Origin: an uncultured Gammaproteobacteria bacterium
GTDB lineage: Bacteria; Pseudomonadota; Gammaproteobacteria; GCA-001735895
Reading direction: 5' to 3'
NCBI GenBank assembly: GCA_963793595.1
Contig: CAWCBX010000101.1
Span: forward strand, 243-64,242
Length of the DNA stretch: 64,000 nucleotides
A model generated the notes under the pieces. That model worked only from the letters and a program-made list of their open reading frames with translations, made no database searches and was not told the origin of the DNA. Each line of letters starts with the position of its first letter. Position 1 is the first letter of the stretch. The translations under genes and the position numbers were made by a program. Of the stretch, positions 41,101 through 48,032 are shown piece by piece.

Positions 41101-41759
41101 AGCAGGACATTCGCGAACAGTGCACACAACTGTTTCCCCGCTTGCTGCCACTGGCAGGAGTTTCACACGAACACGAGCCGACGCTGATGGCATGGCTTGA
41201 GCAAATAGTATCGACACCGCTGGACGACGCCGCGATGACTTTAAGCAATATTTCCAACCGGCAAAGGCTAAACGAGCTTGCTTTCGACTTTGCCCTCGAT
41301 CATCTGAACATCGATGCGCTCAACCAGTTTTTGCAATCCCTGTCCCCGCTTCCACTGCAGGCAGTCAGCAGTCCCGAGTTTTGTGGATTAATCACCGGGG
41401 TAATAGACCTGGTGTTCGAGTACCAGGGTCGTTACTACCTCGCTGATTACAAAAGTAATCTCCTCGGAAGTAACCTGGAAGACTATCGCCCGGAAAATCT
41501 TCAGCAAGCAATGCTGGGCCGGCGCTACGATTTGCAGGCGCTGCTCTATGCTGTTGCACTGCATCGCTTGCTGGCAATACGCCTGCCGGATTACGACTAT
41601 GAACAGCACTTTGGTGGCTGTTACTACCTGTTTTTACGCGCGATGAGACCACAGCATGGCAGACACTATGGTATTCATTTCGATCGGCCTGCGTTGAAAA
41701 CAATTCAACAACTCGATCACTTAATGAAATTCACCCCGCCGGAGTCGGTCGACGCATGA
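38160..41759 (+). CDS. recB: exodeoxyribonuclease V beta subunit
   Basis: The track ORF starts at 38022 inside recC. The ATG at 38160 (MTKSRTIINLD...) overlaps the recC stop by 8 nt and precedes the Walker A motif EASAGTGKTHTI. UvrD-like helicase motifs plus a C-terminal PD-(D/E)XK nuclease (DLVFEYQGRYYLADYKSN). Confidence 0.92.
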   Translation: MTKSRTIINLDAGAILELDLNGIKLIEASAGTGKTHTIADLYLRHILDGRQTSQILIVTYTNAATDELRGRIRKRLYDALNLFDQPGADKDELFQLLLEQWQGLDEATRAVQKRRLQLALRSMDEASISTIHSFCQRSLQENALSGNQLFDSDMLTNDDQLWEAAIKDWWRRQTYDTDSDTWNLIGDQLPDLNSLIATLLELRNKPSVKLIPSAEGSIASLLDRARNITSSLRQLAPLWRQHRSAIVRVVSGSKALSRAAKLPYHPQRVDAFLDTADKFFNAEEVNTVFENFEYLGTKWLEQNSKPSKKGQDPELEHEFFQAVNPVAQCWQSFINSIAAQLRADAFHTVSRRVLENKREIASLAFQDQLSLLLEALESGSGAALAESLRQQYPVAMIDEFQDTDTIQYKIFKHIYMSVEMANLTLIGDPKQAIYSFRGGDIFTYMQARQLNGVDLFDLQTNWRSQPQLVQATNTLFSHRPEAFIYHDSIAFTAVEAVALNKNHELRLQDQAATAMTLWQLPLKEPKVNYSRDEMRDLINQAIVIEIADLLEKAARKCATIDGRVVKSGDIAILVRQASEGHALSRLLHHHGIRTVTIGRDSVFKSDEARGLYDLMLAISQYRDPTAATRSLSSSLLNLDYRQIAAVVDDDATWQSWLDKLDELQQLWERHGFIAMFQSMLHKFDITSQLTQQDSNERRITNLLQLAELLQQQSTITTGMSPMLGWFQQQFEEDGNEDAELRLQDDEALVKIITIHKSKGLQYPIVFVPFLWSCKQVDRAKAVYFHDAEFLPCVDLGSPDLEQNWLKAEKERLAEDVRLLYVALTRARSKVYLAWGEAGNPARSGYAKQTALAYLLHSKQTPHDLDSISPDGFPRGMEFATDLQALVDASATSIELRPLPRGDISSVFRSSELELPAAQLATFSRGNMTQWRINSFTALTRGIHQPAHFGDIASQGDPFLDFPAGSHVGLLVHSLLENIDFQQDIREQCTQLFPRLLPLAGVSHEHEPTLMAWLEQIVSTPLDDAAMTLSNISNRQRLNELAFDFALDHLNIDALNQFLQSLSPLPLQAVSSPEFCGLITGVIDLVFEYQGRYYLADYKSNLLGSNLEDYRPENLQQAMLGRRYDLQALLYAVALHRLLAIRLPDYDYEQHFGGCYYLFLRAMRPQHGRHYGIHFDRPALKTIQQLDHLMKFTPPESVDA

Positions 41760-43507
41760 GCTCGCTATTACACAATCTCGCGCGTAACGGTGATATAAGC
41801 TGGTTAAGTTATTATTTCGCCGAGTTTGTGGCAAAGCAGGCACAGTCCGGTACTGATGACTTGCTGGCTCTTAGCGCCGCACTGGTGAGCGAAGCTAACC
41901 AGCGCGGCGACGTATGCATAGAACTGGGACGTTTTAACCAGCGTCCGCTGTTTAATTCAAACTACATCGATGCGACTGAAATACCATGTGGTATTGACAG
42001 TAGTAGTTGGTGTGCACAGTTACGTACCAGCTATTGTGTCGGTGGCCCGAGCGACTCCGCCCCGTTAACGCTTGATGGCGAACGCCTCTACCTTAATCGC
42101 TACTGGAATTATGAGGAGCAGGTTGCCACCAGGATTCGTGCCATGCTAGAGATCAGGGAAGATCTTGATAATGAACGAATTTCACAACAGGTTGAGCAGA
42201 TCTTTGCTGGCTCTGCACCGGTCGATCAGGATCAAAAGCACTCCGTCGCAACCGCGGCACGAAAACACTTTTGCGTAGTTTCAGGTGGCCCGGGGAGCGG
42301 TAAGACTTCGACCGTTATCCGTATATTGGCGGTGTTGACTGCACTCGATCCGAATATACGTATCGCGCTGATTGCGCCAACCGGCAAGGCTGCGGCACGG
42401 ATGATGGATTCAATCAGCCAGCGCATAAATCATATCGATATGGATCCCGCTGTCCGCGACGCGCTCCCCACCAAGGCCAGTACGATTCATCGCCTGCTCG
42501 GTTATCGACGGCATGGTTATCGGTACCATGAGCATCATCAGTTGGCGCTCGATTGCGTGGTCGTCGATGAAGCGTCAATGATCGATCTGAAACTGATGTT
42601 TCATTTACTGACCGCTTTACCGGCAACGGCGCGCCTCATTTTGCTAGGTGATCGGGACCAGCTGGCCTCCGTCGCTGCCGGCAATGTATTAGGCGATATC
42701 ACCGGTCATGGCTTTGCCTTTGACCCGGCCAGCACACCGCTGGCCGCATCAATAGCCTTGTTACGTAACAATTACCGCTTCGGTCATGATAGCGCAATCG
42801 GTGAACTCGCAGCTCATGTCAACCAGGGCCAGAGTAAAGCAGCTCTCGAACTGATGCGCCGCGGGGACAGGGGCTTGCGCTGGTACGCCGAAGGTCAGGA
42901 TCAAATTCACGCCGACGCCCTTGCCTGGCTGTATGCAGCTTACGAACCTATATTCGATTGCAATTCGCCAGCTGCAGCACTCGAGGTCTATGAAAAGACT
43001 CGTGTGTTGTGCGCAACCAATCAGGGGCCTCTGGGCGTGAAATCACTCAACCGTATGATTTCACAGGCCATGTTGGCACGTAATAATTTAGCCGAATCCG
43101 ATTTATATGCTGGCTTACCAATATTGATTAAACGTAATCATCATGAACTCGGGTTGTTTAACGGTGATACCGGAATTCTATGGCGGTATAAAACCGGGCT
43201 ACGCGCATGCTTCCGCGATTCCACTGGCGATATTCGCGACCTCGCGGTGAACCGTTTACCAGAATTCGTGCCCGCCTGGGCCAGTACGGTACATAAATCG
43301 CAGGGGTCTGAGTTCGATTCGGTGTTCCTCATATTGCCGTCAGACCCGGACTCTGAAGCACTGTCGCGTGAGCTGCTGTACACCGCTATCACCCGGGCCC
43401 GACAGCAGTTTATCCTGCACGCCTCAGAGAGCGTCGTTAACAGTTCGATCGAACACCTGACCCATCGCCATTCAGGCCTGGCCCGCAAACTGGGGTGGCC
43501 GGATTAA
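41756..43507 (+). CDS. recD: exodeoxyribonuclease V alpha subunit
   Basis: 583 aa. Walker A GGPGSGKTS, DEASMID, and C-terminal TVHKSQGSEF. The start overlaps the recB stop in an ATGA. Confidence 0.92.
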   Translation: MSSLLHNLARNGDISWLSYYFAEFVAKQAQSGTDDLLALSAALVSEANQRGDVCIELGRFNQRPLFNSNYIDATEIPCGIDSSSWCAQLRTSYCVGGPSDSAPLTLDGERLYLNRYWNYEEQVATRIRAMLEIREDLDNERISQQVEQIFAGSAPVDQDQKHSVATAARKHFCVVSGGPGSGKTSTVIRILAVLTALDPNIRIALIAPTGKAAARMMDSISQRINHIDMDPAVRDALPTKASTIHRLLGYRRHGYRYHEHHQLALDCVVVDEASMIDLKLMFHLLTALPATARLILLGDRDQLASVAAGNVLGDITGHGFAFDPASTPLAASIALLRNNYRFGHDSAIGELAAHVNQGQSKAALELMRRGDRGLRWYAEGQDQIHADALAWLYAAYEPIFDCNSPAAALEVYEKTRVLCATNQGPLGVKSLNRMISQAMLARNNLAESDLYAGLPILIKRNHHELGLFNGDTGILWRYKTGLRACFRDSTGDIRDLAVNRLPEFVPAWASTVHKSQGSEFDSVFLILPSDPDSEALSRELLYTAITRARQQFILHASESVVNSSIEHLTHRHSGLARKLGWPD

Positions 43508-43637
43508 TTACCCCCACAACATCGGAGCAGGCTTGCTTTCAGCTCCATATGTACTAAACAAGTAAGCACATTCAAATAGGGATCAGCTGTGCTTTTCGGT
43601 AGAACGACAAACCGGTTTTTCCAAACCGCCCTTCTTT

Positions 43638-45335
43638 ATGAGTAACTCCGGCCCCGGCAAAGCCCTGATCGTCGACGACGAAAAAACCAATCGTCTTATT
43701 TTAAAGTCGCTGCTTAGCAAGCAAGGTTACCAGACCATTGAAGCAGTCAATGGACAGGAAGCGATCGACTTGTTCAATCAGGAACATCCAAGCATTATAT
43801 TCATGGACGTGATGATGCCGCTTATCGATGGCTATGAAGCCACGCGACAAATCAAGGCAGCCTCGACAAATCGCTTTGTGCCGATTATTTTCCTGACCGC
43901 AATGAGCGATGAAGAAGCGCTTGCGCAATGCATAGAAGCCGGTGGTGACGACTTCCTGGTCAAACCCTACGACAAAATTATCCTGCAGAGCAAGATTCGC
44001 TCTATGCAACGTATCGCGGCGCTAAACCGCGAAGTGCAAGGCATGTACAGCATGATTCATCGTGAACATGAAATCGCCGAGTCCGTATTTGTCAATGCGA
44101 TTCAAAGCTCTAACATCGAAAACCAGTACCTGCGCCAGGTGGTACGACCGGCAGGCATTTTTAGTGGTGATATGGTGTTATCGGCATACTCACCCTCTCG
44201 CGACCTTTTCTTTCTGACGGGAGACTTCACCGGGCACGGCTTACTCGCCGCCCTAGGCGCGATGCCGGTTTCCGAGGTATTTCGTGCCATGACGACCAAG
44301 GGATTCAGTCCCGAGGAAATACTTACCGGCATCAATAAGAAATTGAAGTCGATGCTACCCGTCGGTATGTTTTTCGGTGCTCAGTTGGTAGTCGTTAATC
44401 ATGACCTGGAGCATGTACGGGTGTTCAATGCTGGTATGCCCGACGTGATAATCGTCGATGGCGAAACCAACCAGATCAGGCACCGCCTCGTGTCCACCGG
44501 ATTGCCACTCGGTGTCGAAACGAACATAGACCCCAAGGAAATGCTTCAATACGCACCGATTTCATATAATGACAAGATATTGATGTATAGCGATGGCTTG
44601 ACCGAGGCGCGCAATGCGAAGGATCGGGAGTTTGGTAGTGACCGCCTGATAGAGTCCATCCGTAACGCACCGAAAAACAAAATCTTTGACCAGATTTTTA
44701 CCGACCTCGACCGGTTTTGCGGTGATATCACGACCCAGGCCGACGACGTTACGCTGGTAGAAATTACCTGCGTACATGATGTATTGCCCGAGATCGAGAT
44801 ACATGACTACATCAAGCCGCCTATCCACATGCTCGGTGATCGCGGGGAGTGGAAACTGTCCTTGCGTTTCAATGGCACCCGCCTGCGCGAAACCAATCCG
44901 GTTCCGATTCTGATTAATTACCTGATGGAAATGGAAGAGCTCGAAGCCGAGCGACAATCCCTTTTCACCGTGATGACCGAGTTATATGTAAATGCCCTCG
45001 ATCATGGTGTGCTCGGTCTGGATTCAAATCTGAAAGCCGACCCGGACGGATTCGAAGCTTATTTTCAGACCCGCGAAAGACGACTCGAAAGTCTTGATAG
45101 CGGATACGTGATTTTCAATTTATCTGTAGAACAGGAATCATCATGGCGCAGAATACTGTTACGTATCGAAGATAGCGGCATGGGATTCGATTTCGAAAAT
45201 CACGCGCCGCCGTCACCAAGGGAAATGGCGCTGAGCGGACGCGGGCTAATGCTCATCCGGGACCTGTGTGAATCGCTGGAATTTCACGGCAAGGGCAACA
45301 TCGCGATCGCCCGTTTCGGCTGGAGCACAACCTAG
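43638..45335 (+). CDS. response-regulator receiver - PP2C/SpoIIE phosphatase - RsbW-like HATPase fusion protein
   Basis: 565 aa. REC (LIVDDE ... FMDVMMP ... LVKP), SpoIIE domain (SGDMV ... GDFTGHG ... YSDGLTEA ... DDVTLVEI), and a C-terminal GHKL-type ATPase (NALDHG, EDSGMGFD, GRGLMLI). Confidence 0.85.
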   Translation: MSNSGPGKALIVDDEKTNRLILKSLLSKQGYQTIEAVNGQEAIDLFNQEHPSIIFMDVMMPLIDGYEATRQIKAASTNRFVPIIFLTAMSDEEALAQCIEAGGDDFLVKPYDKIILQSKIRSMQRIAALNREVQGMYSMIHREHEIAESVFVNAIQSSNIENQYLRQVVRPAGIFSGDMVLSAYSPSRDLFFLTGDFTGHGLLAALGAMPVSEVFRAMTTKGFSPEEILTGINKKLKSMLPVGMFFGAQLVVVNHDLEHVRVFNAGMPDVIIVDGETNQIRHRLVSTGLPLGVETNIDPKEMLQYAPISYNDKILMYSDGLTEARNAKDREFGSDRLIESIRNAPKNKIFDQIFTDLDRFCGDITTQADDVTLVEITCVHDVLPEIEIHDYIKPPIHMLGDRGEWKLSLRFNGTRLRETNPVPILINYLMEMEELEAERQSLFTVMTELYVNALDHGVLGLDSNLKADPDGFEAYFQTRERRLESLDSGYVIFNLSVEQESSWRRILLRIEDSGMGFDFENHAPPSPREMALSGRGLMLIRDLCESLEFHGKGNIAIARFGWSTT

Positions 45336-45444
45336 CCTGAATCGAATGCAGCGATTCCCCTAACCGGTTATCACGCCAGGGCACGATGCCCTCTATCCCT
45401 CATTCAAAATCAGACCATGAAGACGGAGGATTGGCTATCAGCGC

Positions 45445-46071
45445 TTACTGCGCGAGTTCCTGTGCAACCAGGAAGTTCATAATCTGGATCATGCGCTCAT
45501 TACTTCCCGCCAATGATGCCGAAACCAGGTACTTGCCATTGACTATGACCGCCGGCACACCGCGGTGGCCGTACCGTTTTTCCTTTTGTATGTTCTTGCG
45601 AATCTGGGTGTCGACGGGAAACGAAGAATAGTTTTCCCGAAATACCTTTTCATCAAGTCCGAGTTTGCCGGCAAATTCGGCGAGTGCATCAACATTGTCC
45701 AGGCGTTCGCGCTTGAGATGAATCGCATCAAATATTGCCTTGTGGGTTTGCTCGTGCGCACCCATCATTTTAAAAGCGTAATAGGCCCGGGCAGTCTCGG
45801 TCCAGCGCGGATTGAGTGAAGAAGGCACCTGCTCGAAAACAACACCATCGGGCAGGCCTGCCGCCCAACGCTCGACATAGGGTTCGAAACGAAAACAATG
45901 CGGGCAGCCATACCAGAATATCTCGGTAACAACTACTTTGTCGGGCTGGGAGGTCTTGACTGCAGGCGAGATTACCTGATAGTCGCTACCTGCCTGGAAG
46001 GCTGTTTGCGCAGACGCAGCGCCCGAAACCAGCATCAACAAAGCCAAACCCGTTAGCCAGCGTTTAATCAT
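45445..46071 (-). CDS. dsbA: thiol:disulfide interchange protein DsbA
   Basis: 208 aa. Signal peptide, and CPHC active site in FWYGCPHCFRFEP. Confidence 0.9.
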   Translation of the reverse strand: MIKRWLTGLALLMLVSGAASAQTAFQAGSDYQVISPAVKTSQPDKVVVTEIFWYGCPHCFRFEPYVERWAAGLPDGVVFEQVPSSLNPRWTETARAYYAFKMMGAHEQTHKAIFDAIHLKRERLDNVDALAEFAGKLGLDEKVFRENYSSFPVDTQIRKNIQKEKRYGHRGVPAVIVNGKYLVSASLAGSNERMIQIMNFLVAQELAQ

Positions 46072-46186
46072 TGTACTTCTCCTGAAAATATCGTTCCCCT
46101 GATGGACAGGTATTATCGCGATTAGTTTTATCCCAAGCTTGCACTGCGGCAGGTTAATACCCGCTGAATGCAGTCAGTGACTGGTT

Positions 46187-46795
46187 TTACTCGATACCCG
46201 CGATATACGCTGCTACCGACTTCATCTCCATGTCGGACATACGTATCACGGCATTACGCATCATTTTTCCATTGTCATTAGCACGCAAGCCTTGCTTGAA
46301 GTTTTGCAGTTGAGTAACCAGGTACTCGGGGTGCTGGCCTTTCAGCGATGGCCAACCCGCAGGGCCATTACCCTTGCCGCTGGGTGAATGGCAACCCATG
46401 CAGGCAGCCACGTGGGTTTCAGTAATACCGCCACGATAGATACTTTCCCCTGCCGCGATCAAATCAGCATCAAAAGCGACTGCTTTTGGTTGCTGGCTTT
46501 CATAGTAAGCAGCGACGTTTTTCATATCCTCGTCATTGAGTAGAGCCACCATACCGGTCATCGAGGCATTGTTGCGACGGCCTTCCTTGTAATCATTTAA
46601 CTGTTTATAAATGTAGCTAGCATGCTGACCCGCAAGCGATGGCCAGGCAGCATTGGAACTGTTTCCGTCCGCTCCATGGCAAGCCGCGCATACGGCACTC
46701 TTCGTTTTACCAGCTTCGATATCGGCCGCATTCGCGGTAATTGACATCAGACCGGACAAGGCCAGAATCATGGCTCCAAATAGGCTCGCTTTCAT
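46187..46795 (-). CDS. dihaem cytochrome c4
   Basis: 202 aa. Signal peptide and two CxxCH motifs (CAACH, CMGCH), each with a distal Met region. Same neighbourhood as the Pseudomonas cc4. Confidence 0.9.
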   Translation of the reverse strand: MKASLFGAMILALSGLMSITANAADIEAGKTKSAVCAACHGADGNSSNAAWPSLAGQHASYIYKQLNDYKEGRRNNASMTGMVALLNDEDMKNVAAYYESQQPKAVAFDADLIAAGESIYRGGITETHVAACMGCHSPSGKGNGPAGWPSLKGQHPEYLVTQLQNFKQGLRANDNGKMMRNAVIRMSDMEMKSVAAYIAGIE

Positions 46796-46876
46796 TATTT
46801 CTCCAGAGGGAAAACGTACGGAAATTTCGGGCGCAAATGTATATCATACCCAGGCCGCTCGTTCAACAATAACCCG

Positions 46877-47503
46877 ATGGGAACTATGAGTATTTCATTC
46901 AAGCAGGCCCGATTTGTTACCAGTGCATTCGAATTATCGCAAATGCTTGCCGACGAAGGCGCTGAGGTCGCGTTTGCCGGGCGTTCCAACGCGGGGAAAT
47001 CAAGCGCTATAAACTGCCTGACTCGGCAAAAAGGCCTGTGCAAAACCAGCAAGACGCCTGGACGCACCCAGTTGATCAACTTCTTCGAGCTGGACCCGGA
47101 TCGCCGCCTCGTCGATCTACCCGGATACGGATTTGCCAAGGTTTCAAAGAAAATGCGTAGCCACTGGAACCAGGTACTAACTGCGTTCCTGCTCGAACGC
47201 CAGGCCCTGAAAGGCCTCGTCATCGTGGTCGATATTCGCCGTGGCATCAGCGAACTCGATCAGGGTCTGATCGATATGCTGGGAGACAGCTTGCCACTGC
47301 ACATACTGCTTACCAAATCGGATAAGCTGTCACGCTCGGCGATTCTAAAGGCGGTTGCCGATACCGAGGCCCGCCTGGTTGGCCCGGAGAAGAGCGTATC
47401 GACGCTATCGATCCTGAATCGACAGGGACTCGACTCACTCGAGCAGGTATGCCGAAAATGGCTTGAGCCCGACTCCTCCATCGAGCCCCAGGACGCGGAG
47501 TAG
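46877..47503 (+). CDS. engB: ribosome biogenesis GTP-binding protein YihA/YsxC
   Basis: 208 aa. G1 GRSNAGKSS, G3 DLPGYG, G4 TKSDK. The start may instead be the ATG at 46886. Confidence 0.92.
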   Translation: MGTMSISFKQARFVTSAFELSQMLADEGAEVAFAGRSNAGKSSAINCLTRQKGLCKTSKTPGRTQLINFFELDPDRRLVDLPGYGFAKVSKKMRSHWNQVLTAFLLERQALKGLVIVVDIRRGISELDQGLIDMLGDSLPLHILLTKSDKLSRSAILKAVADTEARLVGPEKSVSTLSILNRQGLDSLEQVCRKWLEPDSSIEPQDAE

Positions 47504-47510
47504 TGTGAAC

Positions 47511-47627
47511 ATAAAAAGGCCCCGGCAGTAAACTGCCAGGGCCAAAGGTTTGACCCGGATGGGGTTTCCGGATCGTTGTCCGTCCATAGGAGGGAGAACG
47601 GACATAGCGCTGGGCTATAGCGCTACT
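47511..47627 (-). ncRNA. candidate trans-acting sRNA (about 117 nt) at the Spot 42 / ErsA locus position
   Basis: The minus strand reads GAAGUAGCGCUAUAGCCCAGCGCUAUGUCCGUUCUCCCUCCUAUGGACGGACAACGAUCCGGAAACCCCAUCCGGGUCAAACCUUUGGCCCUGGCAGUUUACUGCCGGGGCCUUUUUAU. It forms three hairpins with 7-, 7- and 8-bp stems, then an 11-bp GC-rich terminator hairpin (47518-47543) followed by U5. The loop of hairpin 2 exposes CUCCCUCCU (anti-SD). There is no ORF. Confidence 0.45.
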
Positions 47628-47630
47628 TCG

Positions 47631-47658
47631 GTAGACAGCTGATGCGATCTTTAGTTCC
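47631..47658 (-). promoter_or_regulatory. sigma-E/AlgU-type promoter candidate for the sRNA (GGAACTA-N16-TCTAC)
   Basis: The minus strand has GGAACT at 47658..47653 and TCTAC at 47635..47631. The spacing matches the extracytoplasmic sigma consensus GGAACTT-N16-TCnAA / GAACTT-N16-17-TCTGA. Confidence 0.35.
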
Positions 47659-48032
47659 TGCGGCCGGTTACAACAGCCCAGGAGCATCAATTGCCACTAA
47701 TTAGTTAACCATCTGGGGCCGTCTTCTCTAATTTCAACCCCGGTAACAACTGAAGAATATACGTGACACCAGTCTGTTCGGATCAACTTGGAACACAGGA
47801 TTCTCCCGCCACTACAAATTCTTCAGCCAGCGAGATGTAAAAGAGTTAGCGCCTTGAATAAAAAGGGCCTTTACCGGGACTCCGGGCTCGATTTCAGGAA
47901 TATACCGGAACCGAGCAGAATTATTGCGCACTGGACATGGTAGCAGTGTAAACGATGGCCTTACCGGCGCATGAAATAGCCTAAGCCGATTTAAAGGCCA
48001 AAAAAACGAGTAATCTGGTTGGCGCCCAGACC

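Noticed and set aside
47310-47690. 126-aa minus-strand ORF spanning the engB 3' end and the sRNA candidate.
   Set aside because: It overlaps the confidently called engB on the opposite strand and runs through an intrinsic terminator hairpin. The product is Pro/Arg/Ser/Gly-rich junk. The region is better explained as a non-coding RNA.
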